Shown piece after piece: positions 1 to 12,960 of a stretch of DNA of 64,000 nt. Below the pieces are notes generated by a model. It did not search any database. It was not told where the DNA came from and saw only the letters and a list, made by a program, of their open reading frames with translations. Numbering within the stretch: the first letter of the stretch is position 1; every line of letters begins with the position of its first letter. This stretch comes from Octopus vulgaris (Eukaryota). Made by a program: the position numbers and the translations under genes. The stretch covers positions 9,486,001-9,550,000 of the forward strand of contig OX597838.1 in the NCBI GenBank assembly GCA_951406725.2, written 5' to 3'.

Positions 1-179
1 TCTGAGTTCAGTCCCACTGCGTGGCACCTTAGGCAAGTGTCTTCTACTGTAGCGCGTGTGGTGAGAAGCTTGCGTACCAACCACATGGTTCTGAGTTCAG
101 TCCCACTGCAAGTGTCTTCTACTGTAGCGCCGGGTCGATGAAAGCCTTGTGAGTGGATTTAGCTGAAAGAAGCTCGTCG

Positions 180-257
<78 letters not shown>

Positions 258-351
258 TTTGTTTGACCCCTACTACCGCTCGGCAACCGGTGCTGGTGTG
301 TTTGCGTCCCCGTAATGAAACGCTTTGCTATAAGAGACCGATAGAATAAGA
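1..351 (+). mobile_element. SINE family 1 (tRNA head, CORE-like, internal microsatellite), partial copy with duplicated head
   Basis: B-box GAGTTCAGTCCC occurs twice, then GGCAAGTGTCTTCTACT, (TG)n and GACCGATAGAATAAG. Confidence 0.85.
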
Positions 352-589
352 ACTTGCCCTTGGTACCGCGCAGAAGGACTGAAACCCGCACTTGCACCTA
401 TGAATAACAAAACTGGAAAAAGTTAACTGGTGACGATTTTTTTAATGAGTTTATTATGGATAATTAATAAATCAGCTTCTTATTACTTCTCTGAAATTAA
501 CTGGTAAATGCCTTGTGTCAAGTAATATCTCGCCTGAAATAGATTGATGAATAAATTTCTTAATTAACATCTTATTTGAAATCACATGA

Positions 590-872
590 TCACCTGATCG
601 GCCAGACTAACGGACATTGTTATACATCGCTGGTCACAATGCCCTTTGCATCGTTTTAGCTTTCGAATGATGCCACCCTGCTGACTAGGCGAGTAGGCCA
701 ACATCTCTCCCGGTCGGAACAATAGTCCGTCGCAGGGGGATCCATTTACAGCTAAATGGACCGGAGCAACTTGCAGTGCTTGCTCAAGAACACAAAGCAC
801 CTCCCTGTCCGGGAATAGAACCCACCATCTAGCGATGATGAATGCAACGCCCTAGCCACTAGGCCACGCGTT
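590..872 (-). mobile_element. SINE family 4 (old tRNA-derived)
   Basis: Minus strand GTGGCCTAGTGG head, TGTGTTCTTGAGCAA, TTGCTCC.GTCCA..AGCTGTAAATG. Confidence 0.75.
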
Positions 873-1427
873 TTCAGTTACTTGAAGTATCCTGCATGTA
901 TTCAATTCCTAGTATTATTTCATCCTGAATTGTTTAGTAATTTTCTGCTTCATTTACAATCTCACCTGAGAAATTTAGTAATTGTAATATTTCACCTGAG
1001 ATACATTTCTAGTTTTCCATTCCAGTGAACATCTAATTTGAAATACTCCGTTGATTTTTTTCTCGGTCTATGAAAGATCTCACTAGAAATTGTCCGCTAA
1101 ATTTCTTGTGTCAGGTAAAATATTTCATCTGGAATTAGTTTGCTCAATTTCTCTTCCAAGAAATATCTTTCTGTTCCAGATAACATCACACCTGACATAT
1201 TTTGCTAACGCTCTGTTCCAGGTAACGTCTTGCTTTAAATATTTCAATGAAAATATTTCTGGGTTAATACCTGGAATTTTTTAGATTACTGATTTTCATT
1301 TTCAGGTAATTACCTTACCTGAAATTTGTTCAATAAAATGCGAATTATGCAGCTAAATAAGCCCTAGATTAAAATGTTTATCTATATGACGTACTAAACT
1401 TATATATTTCAGGACAAATATAGAAAG

Positions 1428-1810
1428 AGGCGCCGCCGTGGCTGTATAGATGCAGGCGTGGGCGTGGGTGTGTGGTAACAATTTTGCCTCCCAACCACAT
1501 GGTTCTGGGTTCAGTCCCACTGCAGGGCACGTTAGGCAAGTGTCTTTTATTATAGCCTCAGGCTGACGAAAGCGTTGTGAGTGGATTTGATAGACGGAAA
1601 CTGAAGGAAGTCCATCGTGTAGATATATATATATATATATATATGATTGTGTGAATGTTTGTGTGTCCTACGGTTTTGGGATGTGTAGCCGTTCGGCAAA
1701 AGGGACCGATAGAATAAGTACGAGAGTTGATTCGGTTAAAAATTATTCTAGGTGGTGCCCAAGCATGGCCGAAAGTTTAGTAACTGAATGACATAAAAGG
1801 TAAAAGACAA
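1428..1810 (+). mobile_element. SINE family 1, diverged copy
   Basis: A/B-box-like head, internal (TA)n, family 3' body. Confidence 0.85.
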
Positions 1811-3609
1811 AAAAAATGTAATCGGCTCTCAATTAAAATCTTCATGATAATATGACGTACATAACTTATGTATATCATAGAAAAGCCAGAAACTGGATTG
1901 CTCATCCAGGAAAAGACCCTTTTAACCTCGCTCAGAAGTATATTGTGGTTTTTTTTTTAAGTGAATACGTCAATAAAGGAATATTCAACCGGATGAATAG
2001 TGCAGCTTCTGTCTTTAATTCAATAAAGTTCTATATTTCTACTGACGCGTAACTTTTCTTATTTCAAGTCATATCACACCTGAAAATATTCGGTTGAATT
2101 TTCTGGTAACTCACCTGACATAAGCCCAACGCTATATCTCACCTGAAGTAGCTTGCTGAATACCTATTCCAGTCGTTATCTTACCTGAAATAATTTGATG
2201 ACTTTATTTTTCATATTACAACATACCTGTTCCCTTACAGTTCCAGGTACATTTCACCTGAAATACCCAACCAATTTCCCTGTTCCCAGTTTCTTTAGCA
2301 GGTGATATCTCACCTGAACATAGTTTAATTAATTTCTATCGTTGTATAACCTGAAATTAACCTTTTTCTTATTTATTTCAGGTAATATCACACCTGAAAA
2401 TATTCTACAGATATTCCTGTACCAGATACTTAGATTCTACTATTGTGCCCCACCTCCTCGAAATAGCTTATCTCAGGTATTGTCTGACCTGAAATAATTA
2501 GTCTGCTCATTTACAGTTAAAGGTAAATCCAACCTGCAATACCCTACTAATTTCTTTGCACCCTGTATTACATCACCTGGAACTATTCGATAACATAATA
2601 TATCAGAATATATCACCTGTAATTGTCTGATGACTCTTTGAGTTAGTCTGGTGAATATCTGTCTCTGTAAATATCTCACCTGAAATCGTGTTCAACTTTT
2701 CTATTTCAAGTAATATATAACCTGAAATTTTTCTGCTACCATACTCTCCTGGGTTGTATCTCACTCGAAATTATATATTAATTTCTCTACTTTAGGCAAT
2801 ATTTCAACTGGAATTGTTTGCCAACATTCTCTTCTGCGTAATATATCACAATATATCGCAGTTTACTATTAAAAATTGTCTGATAACTTACTCTCACGGG
2901 CCTGAAATTTGGATATTATTTTGTTTCCACAAAGAGTTTGATGAATATTATTCTCAGGTTATATTCTACCTGAAATAGTCTTTTAACATTCTATTCCAGT
3001 CAATATCTCACCTGGAATTTGGTAATGTTTAGTTCCAGGTAATATTTTGCCTCATATCATCTACTTTCCGTTCTCACTTGAAATTCTACTGAATTATTCT
3101 GTTCAAAATAAAAACCTTACCAGAAAAGTGTCCCCCAAATCTCAGTACTAGATCATATTTTACCTGAAAGACCATCAAATTATCTATTGCAGGTAATATC
3201 TCACTCACCTGAAATTTTGCTAAATCATTGTTTCATGTATTATCCCACCGAAAAATGTTAACTAACTTTCTACTTCATGGATTACCTCACCTGAAATTCT
3301 CTACTAATTTTCTGTTTTAGATAGCATCTTACCTGAATTACCCGCTAATTACCTTTTTCTTCTCAATAATGTCACACCTGAAATTGTCTGTTAACTGATA
3401 CAGCGAATACCTAAGTAGAAATTCGGTGCTTCATAATTTGCTATATTTTATTATTTCTCCTTTACTGTTATATAGAGTACTTTAAAACGCTAAGCACGTA
3501 AATGATTAACGCTTTGCGTCTAAATTCATTTATTATAGCAATAATAATCCAACAGCTTATATTGTTTCTGTCAGTTATTTTCCAATAATTATTATTACAG
3601 CAAAACTCT

Positions 3610-4870
3610 AAGGCGCCGAGCTAGCATTATCGTCACCGCGTCAAAATACTGAGCGGTATTTCCTTCCGAGAGGGCGGCGAGCTGGCAGAAACGTTAGCAC
3701 GCCGGGCGAAATGCGTAGCAGTATTTCGTCTGTCGTTACGTTGTGAGTTCAAATTCCGCTGAGGTCGACTTTGCCTTTCATCCTTTCGGGGTCGATAAAT
3801 TAAGTACCAGTTATGCACTGGAGTCGATGTAATCGACTTAATACCTATGTCTGTCCTAGTTTGTCCCCTCTGTGTTTAGCCCCTTGTGGGTAATAAAGAA
3901 ATAGGTATTTCGTTCCGAGCTTCACGTTCTCAGTTCATATGTCACCGAGGTTGGCTTTGCTCTTCATCCTTTTGGAGTTGATAAAATAAGTAACGGTTGG
4001 CTATTGGGGGTCAATGTAATTGACTTTTCCCCACTCCTCAAAATTGCTTCCTTTGTGCCAAAATAAGAATAATAAGAGAATTATTACTCTCTTTCGTTCA
4101 TTATCTCCCTCTCCCGAAAGGCGACGAGTTGGCAAAATCGTTAACGCGCAGGGCGAAATGCTTCGCGATATTTCGTCCGTCTTTACGTTCTGAGTTCAAA
4201 TTCCGCCGAGGTCGACTTTACCTTTCATCCTTTCGGGGTCGATAAATTAAGTACCAGTTACGCACTGGGGTCGATGTAATCGACTTAATACCTATGTCTG
4301 TCCTTGTTTGTCCCCTCTGTGTTTAGCCCCTTGTGGGTAATAAAGAAATAGGTATTTCGTCTGCCGTTGCGTTCTGAGTTCAAATTCCGCCAAGGTCGAC
4401 TTTGCCTTTCATCCTTTCGTGGTCGATAAATTAAGTACCAGTTACGCACTGAGGTCGATGTAATCGACTTAAATCCTTTGTCTGTGCTTGTTTGTCCTCT
4501 CTATGTTTAGCCCCTTGTGGGCAATAAAGAAATAAGAATCGTTAGTACGCCGACCAAAATGCTTAACGGTATTTCGTCTGCCGCTACGTTCTGAGTTCAA
4601 ATTCCGCCGAGATCGACTTTGCTTTTCATCCTTTCGGGGTCCTATTAAATAAGTACCAGTTGCGCACTGGGGTCGATGTAATCGACTTAATCCATTTGTC
4701 CGTCCTTATTTGTCCCCCTCTGTGTTTAGTCCCGTGTGGGTAGTAAAGAAATAAGTATTTCGTCCGTCTTTATGTTCTGAGTTCAAATTTGGTCGAGGTC
4801 AACTTTACCCTTTATCTTTTAGGGATCGATAAAATAAGTACCAGTTGAGCTCTGGGGTTCGATGAAATCC
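3610..4870 (+). mobile_element. Nested/tandem cluster of SINE family 2 (tRNA head + Meta-like central domain)
   Basis: About six copies of GAGTTCAAATTCCGCCGAGGTCGACTTTGCCTTTCATCCTTTCGGGGTCGATAAA..AAGTACCAG; young copies end in TAAAGAAAT. Confidence 0.9.
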
Positions 4871-5039
4871 ATTAGGATACTTGAAGAATTTTACGTTTGA
4901 GGGATCAACAATTTACCTAGTAGTTGGGATTATATCATTAATAATGGGGGGAAATATTTATTTGGTTAAATATATCAGTTAAGACCCAAGAAATATTTGT
5001 TTTTTTCCCCTCATCTTAAAATGCGACAGGACTCTCTTT

Positions 5040-6880
5040 CCAACCTAAAAGATAAATTCGATTTCACATCATATTTGTACGTTAAAGCATCTCTCTTATC
5101 AGTCCGCACACATTTATAGAAATACTTGTGTAAGAGACTTTTGGGTAGGCGTTCGCTCACTCAAAAGGCTATGGCTAAGCCAACTAAACTGAAGCCCAAC
5201 ACGAAATGTGTCTACACAATTTCCTTGGAAAATATTGACACTGAATTTTGTCCTTGTAGGTGAACCAACAGATGCTACATTTATGGGAAGTATCCAAACG
5301 TTCGATATAGGTCTTAAAAGGATTTTGGATCTCAGATCTATAAACAATGTTAATACGAACTACATCAATTTTTTTTTTCAGATTTTAGCAGAAATGACGC
5401 TGCAAGTAACCAAAGGAGTCGATTACATTGGATTATCTATTTACGATTCTAAATTTGTATTAAATCTTGGCCATCCTATTTAATGGGATTTGTTAGAGGA
5501 GAGTATGGATAGGTTAGCTGTGTTTTACTCCTTTTCTTTGCCTTAGGTTTGTCTACTTCAGTTTTCTTTAGGCTTGAGATCAATGGCTTCACTAACACAC
5601 GAAAAGCATTCAGTAGTTTTCTTCATCAGATATGCCACAAATGCTGCACCGTCAACAAGCAGCGCATCAAGAATATATATTTGCGGCGAGCTGGCAGAAA
5701 CGTTAGCACACCGGGCGAAATGCTTAGCCGTATTTCGTCCGCCGTTACGTTCTGAGTTCAAATTCCGCCGAGGTCGACTTTGCCTTTTTCATCCTTTCGG
5801 GGTCGATAAATAAAGTACCAGTTACGCACTGGGGTCGATGTAATCGACTTAATTTCTTTGTCTGTCCTTGTTTGTCCCCTCTATGTTTAGCCCTTTGTGG
5901 GCAGTAAAGAAATATATATTTGCCCGATTTAGTATCTTTGTTTTGCATCTTACGTGATTAGAAATCTTCTCCACTAAAACAAAACTCATATCTGACTCGC
6001 TTTTCAAAAGTTTTTAAAAGAGCAATGTGTCATAACTGGAAGACATAATAGCAAATACAGGAACCAAGACAGAGTACCAATGATATTAGGCAAGGTTCTA
6101 TGTTGGTTCCTGTATTGTTTTGAAACCGTCATAAACCGATGTAATATGTTTCCTATCTGGAGAAGATTCAATCTCAGTTGCTCTTTGTGTCCATCGTGTT
6201 TCTTTAATACTTCCCAAAAACATTTGTACCGATCGTTTTAGCTCAAGAAAAGATTTATTTTCAGCTTGACACTTTTCACCGATATCCAATGTTGTTTGTG
6301 TGTAATATGCATACTATCCAGAGACGGATCTAAGTTTAAGGTTATACTAATCGAACCAATGTCGATGATTGCCTCGGGGCAATCCTATTACTTTAAAGGA
6401 AGCAGAATATACGGTTGCTCTGAGGCACCTCTGCGATTCTTTAACATTTTCTATTGTATTTACGTTTGACAGATTCCCATCTAATTTGTGAGCTCACGTT
6501 TTCTCTCCTCAACCTTGGATGACTTGACATTTACACATCGAGAGACTTTGGTATTTTAATGTCGTTGTTTACATGAAACGCTGGAGAATACAAGCGGCTG
6601 TAAATGAGCAAATGAAAATAACATCGTTTATGTCTTTCACGGTGATTGTGTGATTACAGGTGAGCCCTGGTGTACCGAGGGTGTACCAAGTTATTTATAA
6701 TTATGTGATTGCTGGACCAATATGTTTGTAACAGAGAGGCCAGATTCATGACCAAAAGAAAAGCCACCAGATGCAACCCACTGCTAACTATTATCTCTAC
6801 ACTGTGCTTGTTCATTACATCACAACCAACTTTCCGAAAACGAGCCTTCCTGACATTAAAGTCCACAAACAGTTATTTAT
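5040..6880 (-). pseudogene. Highly decayed RTE-clade LINE (APE endonuclease C-terminus to RT)
   Basis: DFNVR...NKHSV...SSGLHLVAF...HPRY (endonuclease end); RWTQRATEIESSPDRKHITSVYDGFKTIQEP (RTE linker); FIDL...GSPT..KFSVNIFQG (RT). Many stops and frameshifts; SINEs inserted. Confidence 0.7.
5685..5912 (+). mobile_element. SINE family 2, full length, with TSD AATATATATTTGC
   Basis: Consensus copy; direct repeat at ~5672-5684 and ~5911-5923. Confidence 0.92.
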
Positions 6881-6881
6881 T

Positions 6882-7264
6882 AGGAGCACTCCGTCGGTTT
6901 CGACGACGAGGGTCCCAGCTGATACGATCAACGGAACAGCTTGCTCGTGATATTAACGTGCAAGTGGCTGAGCACTCCACAGACACGTGTACCCTTAACG
7001 TAGTTCTCGGGGATATTCAGCGTGACACAGAGAGTGACAAGGCTGGCCCTTTGAAATACAGGTACAAGAGAAACAGGAAGAAAGAGTGAGAGAAAGTTGT
7101 GGCGAAAGAGTACAGCAGGGTTCACCACCACCCCCTGCCGGAGCCTCGTGGGGCTTTAGGTGTTTTCGCTCAATAAACACTCACAATGCCCGGTCTGGAA
7201 ATCGAAACCGCGATCCTCCGACCGCGAGTCCGCTGCCCTAACCACTGGGCCATTGCGCCTCCAC
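6882..7264 (-). mobile_element. SINE family 3 (tRNA-derived, ~385 bp), TSD CCACAAACAGT
   Basis: Minus strand TGGCCCAGTGG A-box and GGTTTCGATTTCC B-box; direct repeats at ~6863 and ~7266. Confidence 0.92.
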
Positions 7265-7566
7265 CCACAAACAGTAATGCGTTGCCAGGACGAGTTAATC
7301 TTAAGATGACGGAAGATTATCGAACGTTAAAATCGTATTTTGACATATCCATAAGTAAGGCAGCTTAGCAAATATTTCAATTACCTTCTGAGTAACTAGA
7401 TATGTCGCGTATTTCTCGAATACGGCAACTTACTAAATACGTCGAGTGCTTCTCCATCAGATCTACTTTCAGAGTCATAACGTGATCATTTTCATCTTGC
7501 GGAAGTTATGATAGTTGTTGCTTGCAATGGTTTGTTTATACTGCAAACCCGACACTAAATTACCCT

Positions 7567-7842
7567 TACTCTTTACTCTTTTACTTGTTTCAGTCATTTG
7601 ACTGCGGCCATGCTGGAGCACCACCTTTAGTCGAGCAAATCGATCCCGGGACTTATTCTTTTGTAAGCCCAGTACTTATTCTATCGGTCTCTTTTGCCGA
7701 ACCGCTAAGTAACGGGGACGTAAACACACCACAATCGGTTGTCAAGCAATACTAGGGGAACAAACACAGACACACAAACACACACACGCATATATATATA
7801 TATATGTATATAAATATATATATATATATATATATAATATAT

Positions 7843-7922
<80 letters not shown>

Positions 7923-8086
7923 GACGGGTTTCTTTCAGTTTCCGTCTACCAAATCCACTCACAAGGCTTTGGCCGGCCCGAGGCTATAGTAGAAGACACT
8001 TGCCCAAGGTGCCACGCATTTGGGACTGAACCCGGAACCATGTGGTTGGTAAACAAGATACTTACCACACAGCCATTCCTGCACCT
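7567..8086 (-). mobile_element. SINE family 1, full length
   Basis: Minus strand: TGGCTGTGTGG A-box, GGTTCAGTCCC B-box, internal (TA)n, (AAAGAGT)n tail. Confidence 0.92.
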
Positions 8087-9539
8087 ATCTAGCTTTTTTT
8101 ATATTTTTGTTTCTTTTCTTCCAGACAAATTCATCCTTCCATTTTGTGCAAAATACCAGTCGTTTTTTCTTTTCAATCAGCATTTCTGTACTATATGCAA
8201 TAAAGACAGGAGATGAATTATAGGGTTGTGTTACCACGTGAAATCATACATGGCAGACGGTGAACCACAAGACTGAGGTACCATACGGTATCATGACAAG
8301 ATTGTGGTACCATTTGCAATCATGAAAGGAGATGAACCACATATTTCTGGTACCATATGCAATTATGTATGTTTAACTTCCTCTTTATTGATGTATTCCA
8401 AGAAAACAGGTTTTAATAAGACCAGTAGTAACAATTGTTACAAAAGCTATGAGATAAGAGCTGTCATCTGAAAGCAATTACTATACAGAAGAATTCGCTC
8501 ATTTCAATAAAATTCAATATCGAATTCGTTTCATTTTTATTTTTTCACACTTTTTATTTTTATTTCCTTGACAGCTTTCTTAACATCCTTTTTTTAATGA
8601 CTCCGCTACTAAAATTGGTTAAGCAGTCAGATACAGTTATCTAACAAGCCGTGTAACTTTTAAGCTCCTTTAATCGCTCCTTCCCTGTTCGATAAAAGTA
8701 ATTCTACGCCTGAAAAAAACCATGTTTTCTTGCAAACATGGACACATATTGAATAAATACTCATTGACTTTCGATAACCTCACCTGAATGTCACCACTGT
8801 GCAGAGTTACAACTAAGAGCTTCCACAAGTATCTCACAACGCTAATGTTTTCCTGTGGCTAATGGACCCGTTTGTATATTACAAACGTATCAAATACACA
8901 AATGTATTTAAAATATATAAATATTTGTTCCGTTGCATCAAACTGATTTAAAATGTGCTAATATTGATTTTTAAAAATGGCGAAGACCAGCAGTTTCGGG
9001 GGGAGAGGTTAAATCGATTACATCGACCCCCAGCACTCAACTGGTACTTGTTTTATCGACTCCGGAAGATTGATGTCCTACTATCTCATCGAGTTTCATG
9101 CTTGTCCAGCCATTTTTTAACTTTTCGATCCACTCATACACTCTGTTAAGCGTTTGAGAGCTGTCAATGTAACAAAAAGCCTGCGATGAATTTCAGCCCC
9201 TGACACCCTAACGAATTCGGACCACTGATCTTTGTTCAACCTTGGTGCACATTGCCAGCGGAGTGGCCATGTTTAATATGTAACACAAGAAACAAAACTG
9301 GAGCGAGGAAGGCCAAACGTCGGTAATGTGACCACAACGGTACCATCTTTTAGCATGCGAGCTCTGAAGGCAGTGCGGTCAACATAAACAAAGTTTTGGC
9401 AAAAGTGCGGAAGATTTTTGACCTTCCCCTTGTATAACTTGGGGGAATGTTTCATAATACTTATCACTTACGTCGCCTAAATTTCAGAAAATTCAAGAAA
9501 CAATGAAACAATGAGCTTTTATCCATTTGGTACCCGCGG

Positions 9540-9730
9540 ACGATAAACATTCTTATGCAATGTTTCAACTGCATCTTTGTAATTCTCATACGTTTTCTTA
9601 TGGTGCCACATAAACGATAAAAATTCGTATGCAATTTTTCAACTACGTGGTTGTAATTTTCATATCTTTTCTTGAACGATAAAAATTCTTAAGCAATTTT
9701 TCAACAACGTCGTTGTAATTATCACATTTC
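9540..9730. repeat. Three tandem ~60-75 bp units
   Basis: ACGATAAAAATTC.TATGCAATTTTTCAAC..CGT.GTTGTAATT repeated three times. Confidence 0.75.
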
Positions 9731-9978
9731 TTTCATTGCCCAGAAAAAAACATTTTCTCACCATACATAAAAGCATTCTATGCTCTCCACGGCATATTAT
9801 TCACAAATGAAATATGGATCTTTTCATTAGCTTTATGATTTGTTACTAGCTTTATGATTTGTTACTTGTCAAAACAGCAGCGTTTATTTTGTTCATAATC
9901 TTAGGAATAGTTGTGCGACGTATGAATTTTAAATAGTTTCTACGCATTGCCAAAGTACTACCTACTATATAAATATAA

Positions 9979-10070
<92 letters not shown>

Positions 10071-10909
10071 GTAGAAGAATCCGGCGTTGCCCGGGTTAAA
10101 TGTAATAATGAGATTTCATTCAAAAATTTGATATATGAGTTCTTCTTTTAATAATTGTCATGATTGGTGATTCTAACATTACTGACATAGCAAATTCAGT
10201 GAGGTCAACAGCAACGACATTCTTGAAATAGAAAACACATAAAAGCAAGTTATGATAAAACTTCTTTACATACAACATTATGAGTTTTTCCCAGTGGAGT
10301 AGAAATGAAATGATGTTTTGAACTTCCAACATTGTGTTTGACCTGCACGCAATTCATTTTGAATCTGTTTCCGCCTTGGATTACACGTGAAAGTTATGAA
10401 TAGCTTTGATTTACCAAAGTTCCTAGCATACGTCATGCGTTCTTTCATGCGTATATCTGGGGCTACCAGTAAAGCTAGATGGAAGGATGCACAACGTCCC
10501 AATGTCTTCAGCAGCAACTTCGTTATTGATGCCATCGCGTAAATGAATGGATGACTCAAGATCTTCATTCTTTCTGGTGGGATCTGCTAATCTACTAATC
10601 TTTCCGCCTCGACTTTTGCATACAAATTGATGGAACAAACTTCACATTCGGCGGAGTGAATTGAAATTATCTTGATGAACCGTAAAATGATGGGAGTAAA
10701 AATCCATAAATAAGACAGTCTTTCTCATATTATCATTTCCATCATTTTGAGGGGTTTTAAAATAGTATCTATCTTCCCCATTCACATAAATTAAAGATTA
10801 TTGGAGAGCATCATAACATCGATGTGTTTCATTCATTCTCTGTAATTGATTATCTCTCCCATGAAGGATTATGTCATACTTACCATGCTTTTCTCCTGAT
10901 ATTACACTG

Positions 10910-11291
10910 GGAAGCACTCCGTCGGTTACGACGACGAGGGTTCCGGTTGATCCGAATCAACGGAACAGCCTGCTCGTGAAATTAACGTGTAAGTGGCTGA
11001 GCACTCCACAGACACGTGTACCCTTAACGTAGTTCTCGGGGATATTCAGCGTGACAGAGAGTGACAAGGCCGGCCCTTTGAAATACAGGTACAATAGAAA
11101 CAGGAAGTAAGAGTGAGAGAAAGTTGTGGTGAAAGAGTACAGCAGGGATCACTACCATCCCCTGCTGGAGCCTCGTGGAGCTTTAGGTGTTTTCTCTCAA
11201 TAAACACTCACAACGCCCGGTCTGGGAATCGAAACCGCGATCCTATGACCGCGAGTCCGCTGCCCTAACCACTGGGCCATTGCGCCTCCAC
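10910..11291 (-). mobile_element. SINE family 3, TSD GATATTACACT, inserted in the Helitron
   Basis: Family consensus; flanking direct repeats. Confidence 0.92.
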
Positions 11292-11447
11292 GATATTACA
11301 CTAGCTATTTCATTACATTCAGGTGCATTATATCGGCGTGAATGCTCTCCTGATGGTCTCTTGTCAGCATTTATCCTACTTCGAGTTCTTCTGCAAGCTC
11401 ATTTCCTATGGCATATTTCAAACTCCTAATATAGCTGTTTTTTGTAT

Positions 11448-11867
11448 TACTCTTTACTCTTTTACTCTTTTACTTGTTTCAGTCATTTGACTGCGGCCAT
11501 GCTGGAGCACCGCCTTTAATCGAGCAAATCGACCCCGGGACTTATTCTTTTTGTAAGCCCAGTACTTATTCTATCGGTCTCTTTTGCCGAACCGCTAAGT
11601 GACGGGGACGTAAACACACCAGCATCGTTTGTCAAGCAATGCTAGGGGGACAAACACAGACACACAAACATATACACACACACACTTATATATATATATA
11701 CATATATACGACAGGCTTCTTTCAGTTTCCGTCTACCAAATCCACTCACAAGGCATTGGTCGGCCTGGGGCTATAGCAGAAGACACTTGCCCAAGATGCC
11801 ACGCAGTGGGACTGAACCCGGAACCATGTGGTTGGTTAGCAAGCTACATACCACACAGCCACTCCTG
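11448..11867 (-). mobile_element. SINE family 1, full length, inserted in the Helitron
   Basis: Same consensus as 7567-8086. Confidence 0.92.
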
Positions 11868-12229
11868 TAACATATCTTGTGGTTATAACATGATTCCATA
11901 CCTTCTTTCTTTATTCCTTTCATGACTTGTCTGTGCTTGGGTTTTCCTATCACCGATGAAATACAATTGTAGATATTTTGGTTCTTCTTCTATTCTATGG
12001 TACACTTCTCTTCGGATCTTGAAAGTGGGCATAAAGCCACCTTCATGGATGACATTTGCACCAAATGATGTCATTTGGAATGCATTGTTGTACTTCTGTA
12101 TATTTTGAAGAAAATATCTTGATCCAATAGTTGTACCAATCATCAGTCCCTTCAAAGGTTCCCTTGGTTCAGGTAATAGTTTCAACTTCATCTTTCCATT
12201 TGAACAGCACAATCCAGGTGATTCACTTT

Positions 12230-12960
12230 TCCATTTTCATCCTCTCGGGGTCGATTAAATAAGTAGCAATTACGTACTGGGGTCGATCTAATCGATTGTC
12301 CCCCTTCTCCCAAAATTTCGGGCCCTGTACCTAGAGTAGAAGAGAATATGTCGGAAAATGCTTAGCTGCATTTGTTCTGGCTCTTTACATTCTGAGTTCG
12401 AATTGCATCGAGGTAAACGTTGCCATTCATCCTTTTCGGGTCGATAATATATGTAGCAGACAAGTATGGGGCCCGATGTAATCAACCAGAAAGACCATCT
12501 CTTCAAAATCGCCGGCCTTGTGCCAAATTAGAGTTATTAAGAAGAAGGCAATCAGACAAAATCGTTAGCGTGTCGGACAAAATGCTTATTGATGTTTTCT
12601 TTCGGCTCTTTACATTCTGGGTTCTAATCTCACCGACATCGATTTTGCCCTCACAGTCGATAAAATAAGTATCAGTCTACTCAGTCCTTCAAAAACAAAG
12701 TAATCAACTTGCCTCCGAATTATTTAGAAAAGCATTGCGATGGCAGATTCCTTAGGGGCATCGGACAAAATACTTAGCAGTATTACGTCCAGCTTTTTAC
12801 GTTCTGAGTTCAAATGCCGCGAAGGTCGACTTGAATTTTTTTATTTTCCTCGGAATCGATAAAATAAATAGCAGTCAAGCAATAGGATTTATATAATCGA
12901 CTGAACTTCATCTCTTCAACATTGCTGGCCTTGTTCCAAAATTTGAAACCATTGTGAACG
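12230..12960. mobile_element. Cluster of old SINE family 2 copies
   Basis: Four diverged matches to TTCATCC...GTCGATAAAATAAGTA...GGCCTTGTGCCAAA. Confidence 0.75.

Larger units (their letters stand above)
480..3395. repeat. Degenerate ~42-bp minisatellite with palindromic core TTCAGGT-AATATCTC-ACCTGAA
   Basis: ACCTGAAAT-like motif recurs at ~41-44 bp spacing, dozens of times; interrupted by SINEs at 590-872 and 1428-1810. Confidence 0.85.
10068..12235 (-). mobile_element. Helitron remnant (Rep N-terminal region, frameshifted, helicase deleted) interrupted by two SINEs
   Basis: CCSNGK...FLQNIQKYNNAFQMTSFG...GFMPTFKI..EVYH; ADKRPSGEHSRRYNAP; CILPSSFTGSPRY; FGKSKLFITFTCNP (Rep motif 1). The minus-strand 3' end has the hairpin CCCGGGCAACGCCGG followed by a CTAG-like terminus near 10070. 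Confidence 0.9.

Noticed and set aside
480-3395. CRISPR array interpretation of the palindromic repeat with variable linkers
   Set aside because: Eukaryotic context, no cas genes, repeats heavily degenerate, and linkers homologous to each other
7296-7335. Hammerhead-like CTTAAGATGAC...ATCGAACGTT
   Set aside because: Lacks CUGA and GAAA cores and a convincing stem I; probably part of the decayed RTE region
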